A stretch of DNA of 64,000 nt from an uncultured Methanosarcinales archaeon (lineage in GTDB: Archaea > Nanobdellota > Nanobdellia > Woesearchaeales > GW2011-AR9). Position numbers and translations under genes: made by a program. The number at the start of each line of letters is the position of its first letter. The first letter of the stretch is position 1. The notes under the pieces were generated by a model that ran no database searches, was not told the origin of the DNA, and saw only the letters and a program-made list of their open reading frames with translations. The stretch spans positions 6,882-70,881 of the forward strand of contig CAYSWQ010000003.1 in the NCBI GenBank assembly GCA_964434885.1, given 5' to 3'. Shown piece after piece: positions 45,567 through 56,323 of the stretch.

Positions 45567-47102
45567 ATGGATCAAGTAGGTTTGATTAAACAAGGTTTTG
45601 AAAAGAAGGTTTTATTAAATAGAGAAATGTTAGATTCTCAATTATTTCAAAAAGATACTTTTTGGAATAATTTTAATGGAAAAGAATCTTTTTTGATATT
45701 AAATGAAGACAATTTTTATTTTTTGAAAAATTTTTCAAAAGAATCATCTTTTGAGTATGATAAATTGAGGGTTGATTTAGAAAAAAAAGATGAAATAGAA
45801 GAATATATTTCTTTTTTAAGAGGATTGAAAAAAGAACAACAAAGATTTCCTTTGGTTGTTGAAAATTCTTTTGAAAATATTCCTAAGAAATATGAGATAA
45901 GAGATTTTACTAAGTTTTTTGTTTCTCGATATAAATTTATGGAGAAATTATTACGACCACGACAAGAATTAAATGGAGTATTATCTATAAGTAAAATTGT
46001 TGCTAAAAAAGACAGAGAAAATGTTTCTTTAATTGGAGTAGTTGTAGATATTAGTCAAACAAGAAATAATAATTTTATTATTACTTTAGAAGATTTAACT
46101 GGTCAAGTTAAAATATTAATTAATCAAGATAAACAAGATTTATGCAATTTAGCAAAAACAATTGTAGTTGATGAAGTTTTAGGTGTAACAGGGATGTGGG
46201 GAGGAGAAATAATTTTTGCAGATAATTTGATTTGGCCAGATATTCCTTTAACCAATCCTTTGAAGAAATTTTCAGAAGATATTTATACTGTTTTTCTTTC
46301 TGATATTCATGTTGGAAGTACTAATTTTTTAGGGAAAGAATTTGGAAAATTTTTAGATTGGTTAAATGGAAAAATTGGTGATTCTAAACAACAAGAGTTA
46401 GCTAATAAAATTAAATATGTTTTTATTGTTGGAGATTTAGTAGATGGAATTGGTATTTATCCTGGACAAGATAAAGAATTAGATATTAAAGATATTTATG
46501 AACAGTATCAAGAAGCAGCTAGGTTGTTAGATAAGATACCTAAAACGGTACAAATTATAATTTGTCCGGGAAATCACGATGCGTTACATTTAGCTGAACC
46601 ACAACCTGCATTCAATCCAAAATATGTTCAACCCCTTATGGAAATATCTAATGTGATGTTGGTTTCAAATCCAGGAGTTGTGAATATTTGTGAAGGAAAT
46701 GGTTTTTCTGGTTTTAATGTTTTGTTGTACCATGGATATAGTTTTGATTATTATGTGGCTAATGTTGATTCAATTAGAAACCAAGGAGGATATAATCGGG
46801 CAGATTTGATTATGAAATTTTTGTTAAAACGTCGACATTTAGCACCTTCTTTTACTTCTACACCTTATTTACCTTTACATGCAGAAGACCCGTTATTGAT
46901 TAAGAGAATTCCAGATTTTTTTATTACAGGACATATTCATTATGCAATTGCAGCTAATTATCGAAATGTAACAATGATTAGTGGCTCTTGTTGGCAAAGT
47001 AAAACAGATTTTCAAGAAAAAGTTGGACACGAACCAGAACCAGCTAGAGTACCGATGGTGAATTTAAAGACGAGAGAGATAAAGATTGTGAAGTTTGAGT
47101 GA
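45567..47102 (+). CDS. DNA polymerase II (PolD) small subunit DP1 (calcineurin-like phosphoesterase, 3'-5' exonuclease)
   Basis: N-terminal OB region. Phosphoesterase motifs FLSDIHVGS, GDLVDG, GNHD, GHIH. Start 2 nt after the cdc6 stop. Confidence 0.85.
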   Translation: MDQVGLIKQGFEKKVLLNREMLDSQLFQKDTFWNNFNGKESFLILNEDNFYFLKNFSKESSFEYDKLRVDLEKKDEIEEYISFLRGLKKEQQRFPLVVENSFENIPKKYEIRDFTKFFVSRYKFMEKLLRPRQELNGVLSISKIVAKKDRENVSLIGVVVDISQTRNNNFIITLEDLTGQVKILINQDKQDLCNLAKTIVVDEVLGVTGMWGGEIIFADNLIWPDIPLTNPLKKFSEDIYTVFLSDIHVGSTNFLGKEFGKFLDWLNGKIGDSKQQELANKIKYVFIVGDLVDGIGIYPGQDKELDIKDIYEQYQEAARLLDKIPKTVQIIICPGNHDALHLAEPQPAFNPKYVQPLMEISNVMLVSNPGVVNICEGNGFSGFNVLLYHGYSFDYYVANVDSIRNQGGYNRADLIMKFLLKRRHLAPSFTSTPYLPLHAEDPLLIKRIPDFFITGHIHYAIAANYRNVTMISGSCWQSKTDFQEKVGHEPEPARVPMVNLKTREIKIVKFE

Positions 47103-47180
47103 GTTTGTGGAGTTTAAAATGCTCTGTTCTACCCCAACAATATTTATATAGTCTTGTTCTTCTGAAATTGTTGAGGAAAA

Positions 47181-50100
47181 ATGGCTGAAACAGTTGCTTC
47201 TAAAAGAGTACACAAATATTTTAACCAAATAGAAGAAGGAATTACTGAAAGTTATAGGGTTGCAGGAGAGATGAGGAAGAAAGGATTAGATCCAGAAGAT
47301 AGAGTTGATATTCCTTTGGCCCGAAATATGGCAGAAAGAGTCACAGGTTTAATTTCTATTGCGGCACCAGAGTTGGCTGATGAGAAAATCAAAGCAACCG
47401 TTTCTAATCGAATCCAAGAACTAGAAAAAGAATATGCTTTGTTAGATTGGAGGGTGGCTTTGAAAATTGGAGAAGAAGTTGCGAAAGAGAAATTTTGTAA
47501 ATTTAAAGACAAACTAGAAGCAATGGAAATTGGTATCCGAATGGGATTTGCATATTTGACCTTAGGAATTGTTTCTGCTCCTTTAGAAGGATTTATTGGT
47601 TTGAAAATAAAAAAAAGAAAAGATGGAAAAGAATATTTGGCACTACAATATGCTGGTCCAGTAAGGGGTGCAGGGGGAACGGCTTCAGCAACTTCTGTAA
47701 TTTTAGGAGATTACATTAGAACAGTAATGGGTTATGCAAAATATGATCCAGATGAAAAAGAAGTTAATCGTTGGGCAGCAGAAATTCATGATTATCATGA
47801 TAGAGTTACCAATTTACAATATCACCCTTCAGATGAAGAATTAAAATTTATTGCCCAACATATTCCAATTGAGATCGATGGAGACCCAACAGAAAAATTT
47901 GAAGTCTCTAATTATAAGGATTTACCAAGGATTGAAACTAATAGGTTGAGGGGAGGTTTTTGCTTGGTGTTGGCAGAAGGAGTTTCTCAAAAATCACCTA
48001 AACTTTGGAAAAGATTGAGTAAATGGGGAAAAGAATTTGGTTTAGAATGGGATTTCTTAGAGGAATTTTTAGAATTACAGAAAAAAGTAAAAGCGAAAGG
48101 AAAAACTTCAAAAGATTCAGACGAAAAAATTAAACCAAATTATACTTATATCAAAGACATTGTGGCAGGTAGACCTGTTTTAGCACACCCTTTGGCAGCA
48201 GGAGGATTTCGATTAAGATATGGACGAGCAAGAACTACTGGGTTTTCTGCAGCGGCCCTACACCCTTCTACATTGCTTTGTTTAAATAAATATATTGCAA
48301 TTGGAACACAAATTAAGGTTGAGCGTCCTGGTAAAGCAGCATCTATTTCAATTTGTGATTCTATTGAAGGACCAATTGTTAGATTAGAAGACCAAACAGT
48401 AATTCAGTTAAATAGTTTAACCAAAGCTAAAGAAGTATATAATCAAATTGAAAAAGTATTATTTTTAGGAGATATTTTGTTTAATTATGGGGATTTTTCT
48501 GAAAATGGACATAGTTTGGTTCCAGTAGGATATTGTCCAGAGTGGTGGGTTTTGGAGTTAGAGAAAGCAATAGTAGATACTTTTGGTAATTTGGATTTTG
48601 AAAAATTTAGTAATTTGGTTGGTATTGATCTAGAAAGGTTGAGAACTTTTTTTGAGCAACCTTTGTTTAATTTTCCAACAATTGAAGAAGCAATTAAAAT
48701 TTCAGAAGAAATGAAAATACCTTTGCATCCAGAATTTACATATCATTGGAAATTAATTTCTGGTCAAGAATTGGCTTTGTTGAAAGAATGGTTAATTTCT
48801 GGAAGTTTCAAAAAAGAAGGAGAAAATTTCTTAAAAATTATTTTACCTTTAAATGAAGAAACCAAAAAAATAAAAGAGATTATGGAGAAGATAGGAGTAA
48901 TTCATTTAGTAAGTAATAAAGAAAATGTGGTTTTAGATGCCCAGAACAGTGCAATTTTTTCTTATTGTCTTAATTTTCAAACACCAGAAGATTTGAAAAA
49001 AAATAATTTTCCTGAAGGAAAAAACGCGTTAGAAATTATTAATCAAATTAGTAAGGTTTTTTTAAGAGATAAAAGTGGAACATTTATTGGAGCGCGGATG
49101 GGACGTCCAGAAAAGGCCAAAATGAGAAAAATGACTGGTTCACCACATGGAATGTTTCCAGTAGGAGCAGAAGGAGATAGATTAAGGTGTTTTCAATCAG
49201 CATTACAAGCAGGAAAAATTAGGGCCGATTTTCCTTTGTTTTTTTGTAATAATTGTTCAAAAAAAACAATTTATCGAAGATGTGAAAGATGTGATGAAAA
49301 AACTGAACCACAATATTTTTGTCGTTTTTGTGGAGATTTAAAAGAAAATTCTTGTAACCATGGAGAACCACAAAAATATAAAACACAAGATTTGGAGATA
49401 AAACATTATTTTGATAGTGCATTAAAAAAACTTGGAACACGAACATTTCCAGATTTAATTAAAGGTGTGAGAGGAACAGCTAATAACAGCCACATTACTG
49501 AAAATTTAATTAAACCTATTTTAAGAGCTAAACATGAAATTTTTGTTAATAAAGAAGGGACCACCCGTTATGATTGTACTGAACAACCAATTACTCATTT
49601 CAAACCTAAAGAAATACATACTTCGGTAGAAAAATTAAAAGAATTAGGATATGACCAAGATATTTTAGGAAAAGAATTGGTTGATGAAAATCAAGTTTTA
49701 GAATTATTTCCTCAAGATGTTGTGCTTCCAGGATATGATGATTTAGAAGGCTCAGCACCAAGGGTTCTTTTTCAAACTGCTAATTTTTTAGATGAATTAA
49801 TGGTTAAATTTTATGATGCTAAACCATTTTATAATTTAAAATCAAAAGAAGATTTGGCGGGCCATTTGGTAGTGGGGTTAGCACCACATACTTCTGCTGG
49901 ATTAGTGGGAAGAATTATTGGATATTCACAAACCCAGGGGTTGTTGGCACACCCAATGTATCATGCAGGTTTACGTCGAGATTGCGATGGAGATGAAGCA
50001 GCAGTGATGTTGTTATTAGATGCGTTGCTTAATTTTTCTCGACAATTTTTACCAGAAGCAAGAGGAAGTAAAACAATGGATGCGGCATTAGTATTAACTG

Positions 50101-50732
50101 GGATTTTAGTTCCTTCAGAAGTTGATGATCAAGTTTTAGGGATGGATACTGTTTGGAAATATCCTTTAGAAATGTATGAGGCAGCCATGGAATATAAAAA
50201 CCCATGGGATATTAAAGTAGAACAATTGGCTAACCGGTTAGATAAAGAAAACCAATATGAAGATTTTGGTTTTACACACCCAGTAGGAAATATCAATAAT
50301 GGAATTTTGTGTTCTGCTTATAAAACACTTCCTTCGATGGCTGAGAAATTGGAAGGCCAAATGGAAATTGCGACACGAGTTATGGCGGTAAAAACAGGAG
50401 ATGTTGCGCGATTAGTAATTGAAAAACATTTTATGAAAGACATTAAAGGAAATTTAAGAAAATTTTCAATGCAACAATTTAGATGTGTAAAGTGTAACGA
50501 GAAATATCGTCGGCCACCTTTGATGAATAAATGTTCTAAATGTAATAATCGTTTGTTGTTTACTATCTCTCAAGGTTCGGTAGTTAAATATCTAAAACCA
50601 AGTTTAAAATTATCGGAGAAATTTGAATTTTCCCCTTATTTAAAACAATCTTTGGAATTGGTTGAAGATAATGTTAATTTGGTATTTGGTAAGGAGAAAG
50701 ATAAACAAGTTGGGTTGGCTGGGTTTATTTAA
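47181..50732 (+). CDS. DNA polymerase II (PolD) large catalytic subunit DP2, intein-free
   Basis: 1183 aa. Internal Cys clusters (CNNCSKKTIYRRCERCDEKTEPQYFCRFCG). C-terminal zinc finger QFRCVKCNEKYRRPPLMNKCSKCNN. Layout characteristic of DP2. Confidence 0.85.
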   Translation: MAETVASKRVHKYFNQIEEGITESYRVAGEMRKKGLDPEDRVDIPLARNMAERVTGLISIAAPELADEKIKATVSNRIQELEKEYALLDWRVALKIGEEVAKEKFCKFKDKLEAMEIGIRMGFAYLTLGIVSAPLEGFIGLKIKKRKDGKEYLALQYAGPVRGAGGTASATSVILGDYIRTVMGYAKYDPDEKEVNRWAAEIHDYHDRVTNLQYHPSDEELKFIAQHIPIEIDGDPTEKFEVSNYKDLPRIETNRLRGGFCLVLAEGVSQKSPKLWKRLSKWGKEFGLEWDFLEEFLELQKKVKAKGKTSKDSDEKIKPNYTYIKDIVAGRPVLAHPLAAGGFRLRYGRARTTGFSAAALHPSTLLCLNKYIAIGTQIKVERPGKAASISICDSIEGPIVRLEDQTVIQLNSLTKAKEVYNQIEKVLFLGDILFNYGDFSENGHSLVPVGYCPEWWVLELEKAIVDTFGNLDFEKFSNLVGIDLERLRTFFEQPLFNFPTIEEAIKISEEMKIPLHPEFTYHWKLISGQELALLKEWLISGSFKKEGENFLKIILPLNEETKKIKEIMEKIGVIHLVSNKENVVLDAQNSAIFSYCLNFQTPEDLKKNNFPEGKNALEIINQISKVFLRDKSGTFIGARMGRPEKAKMRKMTGSPHGMFPVGAEGDRLRCFQSALQAGKIRADFPLFFCNNCSKKTIYRRCERCDEKTEPQYFCRFCGDLKENSCNHGEPQKYKTQDLEIKHYFDSALKKLGTRTFPDLIKGVRGTANNSHITENLIKPILRAKHEIFVNKEGTTRYDCTEQPITHFKPKEIHTSVEKLKELGYDQDILGKELVDENQVLELFPQDVVLPGYDDLEGSAPRVLFQTANFLDELMVKFYDAKPFYNLKSKEDLAGHLVVGLAPHTSAGLVGRIIGYSQTQGLLAHPMYHAGLRRDCDGDEAAVMLLLDALLNFSRQFLPEARGSKTMDAALVLTGILVPSEVDDQVLGMDTVWKYPLEMYEAAMEYKNPWDIKVEQLANRLDKENQYEDFGFTHPVGNINNGILCSAYKTLPSMAEKLEGQMEIATRVMAVKTGDVARLVIEKHFMKDIKGNLRKFSMQQFRCVKCNEKYRRPPLMNKCSKCNNRLLFTISQGSVVKYLKPSLKLSEKFEFSPYLKQSLELVEDNVNLVFGKEKDKQVGLAGFI

Positions 50733-51049
50733 TTCTCTGCTAAGTAAACTTCAGCATGAGGGATTTTTTCTACAATTAAAATTCTATCTTTGTTGATTAA
50801 ATCTGAAAAAAGTTGAATAGAATGTTCGCCAGTTAAATGTAAAATGTAAGCGCTTTTGGCTAGTTCTTTTATTTGGTTGGGTTCTTTTTCTTCACCTTGG
50901 TAGAATTCTTTAGTTAAATCTAATTGTAAGTTGTTTTCTAGAAATTTTTTACCCAAAATCTCTTTGTCTGTAACGACTAAGATATTTCCATGTGGTCCTT
51001 GGTGGGTTTTAACTATGAATTTCATTTTCTGGTCTAAGATACCATTCAT
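50729..51049 (-). CDS. DUF424-like archaeal protein
   Basis: VVTDKEILGKKF...FYQGEE pattern. 106 aa. Confidence 0.35.
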   Translation of the reverse strand: MNGILDQKMKFIVKTHQGPHGNILVVTDKEILGKKFLENNLQLDLTKEFYQGEEKEPNQIKELAKSAYILHLTGEHSIQLFSDLINKDRILIVEKIPHAEVYLAEN

Positions 51050-51449
51050 CTAGGGCAGCAGTTTGTTCAGTTAAAAGATCTAATGTTGAATTTAACCCAC
51101 CCAATGCAAATGCGAAATCATCGGTTCTAATCCTTCCTTGGGTGATGTGTTTCCCGACTTCTTCAAAATATCTGTGATATTGCAAATATGTTTCTTGGCA
51201 TCTTCCTTCATAAGGTATTGTTCCAGTAGGACCCATTCCTGAAATTTTTCCAAAATTTTCGAAAAAAGACCTACATTCATCGGAAAGAACATATAATAAA
51301 ACATCTCCCCATTTCATTTTCACTTTCGTTGGAGAAATGGGTTCTTCTCTTAATAGACTAGTTAACCCAGGGATAAATTGTTTAATTTTTTGTGGTGGTA
51401 AGAGATCAGTCATTTTATTTGAAACTTTTAACTGGTTTTTTAGTACCAC
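51009..51449 (-). CDS. Hypothetical protein (probable start MTDLLPP, position 51413)
   Basis: No motif recognised. Overlaps the aIF2-beta stop region when the longest ORF is taken. Confidence 0.3.
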   Translation of the reverse strand: MVLKNQLKVSNKMTDLLPPQKIKQFIPGLTSLLREEPISPTKVKMKWGDVLLYVLSDECRSFFENFGKISGMGPTGTIPYEGRCQETYLQYHRYFEEVGKHITQGRIRTDDFAFALGGLNSTLDLLTEQTAALDEWYLRPENEIHS

Positions 51450-51834
51450 AAGCCATACATTTTAGATAACTAATTCCTTCAATATCTATTAATTGAGTAT
51501 CTGGTTTACCACATTCAGAACAAACCACAAATTCACTAAGATATTTCTTGATTTTTTTATTAATTAAAGAAGCAGGTAATTTTGATCCAAAAATAACTCG
51601 ACTACCAATAATTTTTCCAGGAGTAGCCAATTCACGAAATAAAAATTTTAATAAATGATGTACATCTCTTTCTAATTGTTTAGCGATTTGTTTTAAATTA
51701 ATAATAATTGTTTTGTTTCCTTCTAAATGACCTTTAACTTTGTCTAATTTAAATCTTTGATAATCTACTGCTTTTTCAGGAATTTCTTTTTCGGCCTTTG
51801 CTAAAAGTTTTTCATAATCCATTTTTATTTTCAT
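51415..51834 (-). CDS. Translation initiation factor aIF2 beta subunit
   Basis: MDYEKLLAKAEKEIPE. TIIINLKQIAKQLERDVHHLLKFLFRELATPG. C-terminal zinc ribbon CSECGKPDTQLI...CMACGTKKPV. Confidence 0.8.
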   Translation of the reverse strand: MKIKMDYEKLLAKAEKEIPEKAVDYQRFKLDKVKGHLEGNKTIIINLKQIAKQLERDVHHLLKFLFRELATPGKIIGSRVIFGSKLPASLINKKIKKYLSEFVVCSECGKPDTQLIDIEGISYLKCMACGTKKPVKSFK

Positions 51835-51928
51835 AATTTGAAGATTTTATAAATCTTTAGTAAATATTGGTGTTTTACACGAGTAATTAAATAAATACAT
51901 TTATAAATTAAAAAGATTTCTTTAAGAT

Positions 51929-52768
51929 ATGGTGTTAGAGGCTCTGATAAATCCTTTTGCTTTGAGAAAAAGACCTTGGGAGATGTTTATTGGTGGTTTT
52001 TTTTATTCAGTGATTGGTTTATTTCTTTCATATTTGGTATTTCGTGAAGTGTCAGGAATATTGATGGTATTTTTAGTAGTAATGGCCACATTTCCTCTTT
52101 TATATACTGTAATTAAGAGAGAAGAAGAAATTGATTTAAAATATAAAAAAGAATGGGCAATTTTAAAAGAACATTCCCATGTGATTCTTTTTTTGATTTT
52201 TTTGTTTTTAGGGATTACAACTGCTTTTGTATTATGCTATGTTTTTTTACCTGCAACAATGGTTAATACTATTTTTTCATTACAAACCAAAGCAATCCAT
52301 GAAGTTAATGTTAAAGTAGTAGGGAATGTTACTGCGTTCGGTTTGTTTAAAAGAATCTTTTTTAATAATATTAAAGTGTTGTTTTTTTGTTTAGCTTTTG
52401 CATTTATATATGGGGCGGGAGCAATTTTTATTTTAACTTGGAATGCTTCTGTAATTGCAGCAGCAATTGGAAGTTTAATTAAAACAGAACTAGCACAAAC
52501 TGCTTCTTATGTAGGAATGGCTTCCATCTCATCTTATTTTGGAATAGCAGCGTTTAGTTTTATGAGGTATATGACGCACGGGATATTTGAAATAGCAGCT
52601 TATTTTATTGCTGGATTAGCAGGAAGTATAATTTCGATTGCTGTAATCAGACATAACCTAGATAATAATCAAGTGGTTTATGATGCCACAGAATTAATTA
52701 TTTTGAGTTTAGCAGTGTTAGTAATTGCAGCAGTGATTGAAGTTTTTGTAACACCTGTCTTTTTTTAG
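51929..52768 (+). CDS. Polytopic membrane protein (DUF95/SpoIIM-like)
   Basis: 6-7 TM helices. NNIKVLFFCLAFAFIYGAGAIFILTWNAS. Confidence 0.35.
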   Translation: MVLEALINPFALRKRPWEMFIGGFFYSVIGLFLSYLVFREVSGILMVFLVVMATFPLLYTVIKREEEIDLKYKKEWAILKEHSHVILFLIFLFLGITTAFVLCYVFLPATMVNTIFSLQTKAIHEVNVKVVGNVTAFGLFKRIFFNNIKVLFFCLAFAFIYGAGAIFILTWNASVIAAAIGSLIKTELAQTASYVGMASISSYFGIAAFSFMRYMTHGIFEIAAYFIAGLAGSIISIAVIRHNLDNNQVVYDATELIILSLAVLVIAAVIEVFVTPVFF

Positions 52769-53397
52769 AGAACTTTTACTTTTCCAGGTAAATTTTGAAA
52801 GATTTCTCCTTCTTTTAACATTTTATCAATTAGTTCATCAACTTGATTAATTTCAGCTTTGCTTTTAATTACTTCAATAAGAACACCTTCACCAGAATCT
52901 AACTCTCGAATCAATTCTATAATTTGTTGATTGTCAGATTCAAATTCTTGGGATTGATTTTTTTCTTCAGTTGGTGGTTTTTCTTCTGGTTCTTTAAGAG
53001 GGAGAACATTAAGCAATTCAGCACGTCGAACTTTTAACCATTCTTGATCAATTTTTTTGATAATTTCTGGGGCAATATATTTTTCATCATTATAGACGCG
53101 AATTTTTCCAATAATTAAGATTGCTGTTCCCAAAGCAAGGGAATTACTGTTTTTTATTTCTTCAAAACTACGAAGTTTAATGCTGCCAGAACCATCATCT
53201 ACACTAAAATTTACCATTGCCCCATTAACTTCTTTATCAATAATAACTCCCATCAAATTAACTCGAGAAATTTTTTGGTTGTTTTTAGTTAATAAATAAT
53301 TAGGTTTCCAACCTTCTTCTGTAAAATATTTTCCATTTTGAAGGGTTTCAATGTTAGTTTTGACAGCTACTTGTCTTTCTTGAATTTCTTCTGCCAT
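52765..53397 (-). CDS. RPA32-like protein: OB fold + C-terminal winged helix, co-operonic with mcm
   Basis: OB pattern SRVNLMGVIIDKE...VDDGSGSIKLRSF...ILIIGKIRVYNDEKYIAPEII. Acidic linker. C-terminal NQQIIELIRELDSGEGVLIEVIKSK (wH). Probable start MAEE at 53397, 2 nt after the mcm stop. Confidence 0.45.
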   Translation of the reverse strand: MAEEIQERQVAVKTNIETLQNGKYFTEEGWKPNYLLTKNNQKISRVNLMGVIIDKEVNGAMVNFSVDDGSGSIKLRSFEEIKNSNSLALGTAILIIGKIRVYNDEKYIAPEIIKKIDQEWLKVRRAELLNVLPLKEPEEKPPTEEKNQSQEFESDNQQIIELIRELDSGEGVLIEVIKSKAEINQVDELIDKMLKEGEIFQNLPGKVKVL

Positions 53398-53398
53398 T

Positions 53399-55420
53399 TT
53401 AGAGTTTTTGGATGAATCCTCTTCGCGGTTCAAAAAGATCTCCTCCCCTTCTTAGTTTTTCAATTACCTCTTCCACATCACTGGTTTTAATTCCTTTGCT
53501 TTCTGCTCTTTCAGTAACTGCTTCTAATGGAATCACTTTCCCCATTTCATTTTCTAAAGTATCTATAATTTCTCTAACAACACTGATTTTGCTTCTTTCT
53601 TTAGCAGGAATACCAGAACTAATTCGATCAATATCAATCACGCCTGTTTCTGAGTCTTTAGCGATTTGACCTAAACAGAAATCAACCATTTCAACTGCCT
53701 TTTCAGCATCACGTTTTAACACTTTTTTTGATAATCTTATTTTAGCAGAAGCTTCAGCTAATCTAACCAATGCTTCTAATTGTCGAGCAGTGATAGGAAC
53801 ACTTTTGATTCCTGCTTCATCTCCTTGACCAGAATTTCTCATTTGAACATAATATCTTTGTAGTTCGTCAATAGCTTCTTCAGTAAGAACTGGTTTTATA
53901 CTAGTTCTAACATAAGTAATATATTTTTTTAATAAGTCGGTATCAATTTCTACTTCTTTACCTTCTGGATTTTGATGAAGGTTTAAAATGTGTCTAGCAA
54001 GAAGTTCATCTTTTGTTTTATCTGGAAGATCTTTAATAGGAAAAATAAGATCAAATCTATTGATTAATGCAGGAGGTAAATTGATTTGTTCAGCAACCAA
54101 ACCATAAGGATCAAATCTTCCAAATTTTGGGTTAGCGGCCGCTAAGACTGTTGTTTCACATCTTAATGTGGCTTGAATGTTAGCTTTACTGATGCTTACA
54201 GATTGTTGTTCTAATGCTTCGTGCATCGCAGAACGATCTTCTTTACTCATCTTATCCATTTCATCAATCATTACGAATCCTTTGTTAGCAAGAACCAATG
54301 CACCTGCTTCTAAGCTCCATCCTCCAAGAAATTCATCTTTTACTACAGATGCCGTTAATCCGGCCCCAGATACACCTTTACCGCTAACATATCTCGATTT
54401 GGGAGCGATCTTAGTAATTCTTTTTAATAATTGAGACTTTGCTGCACCAGGATCTCCAATTAAAAGAACGTGCATGTCTCCCCTAGTGATGGCTCCATCT
54501 TTTCTTTTCTTTCTAACTCCACCTACTAGTTGTAGAATAAGGGCTTCTTTGATTTTATCATGACCAAAAATAGAGGGGGCGCTACTATTGACTAATTTTG
54601 AATAAATGTTTGGGTCTTGGCTTAATTCCTTAATTTGTTCAGTTTCTTCGGGAGTTATTTCTAAAGAACTAAAATCATCTTGGACTGGTTCAATAAAATT
54701 AGCTTCGATAATTAAATCAAATTTAGTTGATTTTCCTCCCGACCTTAGATTAATAGGGACTTCAGTAACCCAACCAACCACCCTTACTTTGTTTCCTGGA
54801 CTTGTTTTTCTATCAGTCATTGGGCTAACTAAATCATTTTTTAGAAAAACATTCATTCTTTTTGGTTGAACTCCCCCTTCTAAGTCCTCTGGAGCTTCTT
54901 CTAAGACTATTCCTTGACCATCTACAAGTTCTTTAGTTAATTCTTTGAATTTGCCTTTTCGACCACAACCACAACGAGAAGGTTCACGATATTTGCTTTC
55001 TAATTGCAAAACGGTAAGAATATTTCCACAACTAGGACATTCAAATCGAGCAGTTAGAACATGAGGACGAACATCACTTTTTTGTCTAACAATACCTTCC
55101 ATCCAGAGTAGTTTAGTAAGGTGCTTGCTTCTAATTTCACTAATAAGGATTTTTTGACTTTCGGGTAAATTGATGAATCTTAAATGGAAACGAGATACTT
55201 TTTTGGGTAAATCAAAATCTTTGATTGCTAATTCTCCCGCCTTGAGAATTTCTTCTGGATGTTCTAATAATTCTTCGGCTAATTCTGGATTAAATTTAGT
55301 TAATTCAAAGAAATCAAAAATCATGTGGTTGTTTCCTTTTCTAACAGTTTCTAATAATTCAGGTTCATAACTAGCTTCAATAAATTCTCTGAAAATTTTT
55401 ATTTGTTCATTAACTTCCAT
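53399..55420 (-). CDS. mcm: MCM replicative helicase
   Basis: Zn finger CPSCGN...CGCG. Walker A LLIGDPGAAKSQLL. Walker B IDEMDKM. Arginine finger SRFDLIF. C-terminal wH. 673 aa. Confidence 0.9.
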   Translation of the reverse strand: MEVNEQIKIFREFIEASYEPELLETVRKGNNHMIFDFFELTKFNPELAEELLEHPEEILKAGELAIKDFDLPKKVSRFHLRFINLPESQKILISEIRSKHLTKLLWMEGIVRQKSDVRPHVLTARFECPSCGNILTVLQLESKYREPSRCGCGRKGKFKELTKELVDGQGIVLEEAPEDLEGGVQPKRMNVFLKNDLVSPMTDRKTSPGNKVRVVGWVTEVPINLRSGGKSTKFDLIIEANFIEPVQDDFSSLEITPEETEQIKELSQDPNIYSKLVNSSAPSIFGHDKIKEALILQLVGGVRKKRKDGAITRGDMHVLLIGDPGAAKSQLLKRITKIAPKSRYVSGKGVSGAGLTASVVKDEFLGGWSLEAGALVLANKGFVMIDEMDKMSKEDRSAMHEALEQQSVSISKANIQATLRCETTVLAAANPKFGRFDPYGLVAEQINLPPALINRFDLIFPIKDLPDKTKDELLARHILNLHQNPEGKEVEIDTDLLKKYITYVRTSIKPVLTEEAIDELQRYYVQMRNSGQGDEAGIKSVPITARQLEALVRLAEASAKIRLSKKVLKRDAEKAVEMVDFCLGQIAKDSETGVIDIDRISSGIPAKERSKISVVREIIDTLENEMGKVIPLEAVTERAESKGIKTSDVEEVIEKLRRGGDLFEPRRGFIQKL

Positions 55421-55522
55421 CTGTAAAACCCACCCAAGGTTAGTTTCTAGAATTGTTATTTTTATTTAAAATTATATGTTCGGGAGAACATATTGAAAAG
55501 AATTAAGAAAAAAAAGATAAAT

Positions 55523-56074
55523 TTATTTTTTATCTAATACTTTTTTAAGGACTTCAATCAGTTTGTCTGTAGTTTCATTAACTTCTTCTTCAGTTTTAGT
55601 TCCAGTACAAACAATCTTTCCATTACTAAATAACAAGAAAGTAGCGTTGGTTCCTTTTAATTTGTGTACTAACCCAGGAAATTGTTCTGGTTCATATTCG
55701 GTGTGTGGTAATTTAATTCCTAAAATATTTAGGTTTAGATCCATTCCAACACTACCAGAAGCAACAATGTTTTGTACTTTAATTTCTGGAGTAACAGTAA
55801 CCACAATATTTAGTTTTTTTACTGATTTGATGATAGCTAAGATTGCCTTATCAACATCTTTCATATTTCTTGCTCCAGTACAAACAATTTTTCCAGAACT
55901 AAAAACCAAAGCAGTTGTTTTAGGTTCTTTAATTCTTAATACCAGACCTGGAAATTGTTCTGGATTATATTCGGTGTTTGACAGAGTTGCTGCCATCTTT
56001 TCTAAAGGAATGTCTTTTTTTAAATCAGAACTAATAACAATATTTACAATTTCAATTTCTTTCTTTTTAGCCAT
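55523..56074 (-). CDS. tbp: TATA-box binding protein
   Basis: Two direct repeats IVNIV(I/A)S..L...L......EY(N/E)PEQFPGLV..(I/L)K.......LFS.GKIVCTG. 183 aa. Confidence 0.9.
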   Translation of the reverse strand: MAKKKEIEIVNIVISSDLKKDIPLEKMAATLSNTEYNPEQFPGLVLRIKEPKTTALVFSSGKIVCTGARNMKDVDKAILAIIKSVKKLNIVVTVTPEIKVQNIVASGSVGMDLNLNILGIKLPHTEYEPEQFPGLVHKLKGTNATFLLFSNGKIVCTGTKTEEEVNETTDKLIEVLKKVLDKK

Positions 56075-56323
56075 TATAATCCCCCCGATAATTTACTATT
56101 GACTAGTGTTTTCATTTATAAAGCAATGTTCTTTTTAAATATTTCCTTTATAAATGAAGAAATTTGTGTTTTGGTTTTTATTTTTAAAGGAGTATTTTTA
56201 TTCTTTAAAAATACACACCCCCTTGTTTCCGATGGAATTAATGACGTGAAAAATTGTTTTTTGTTTTCTATGAGAAATTGGGGTTGTGTGATTGTGTTGA
56301 TTTAATAAAAGATAAAATAAAAA

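Noticed and set aside
56075-56323. C/D-box sRNA in the tbp-upstream intergenic region
   Set aside because: No convincing RUGAUGA (C box) / CUGA (D box) pair with terminal stem found by eye.
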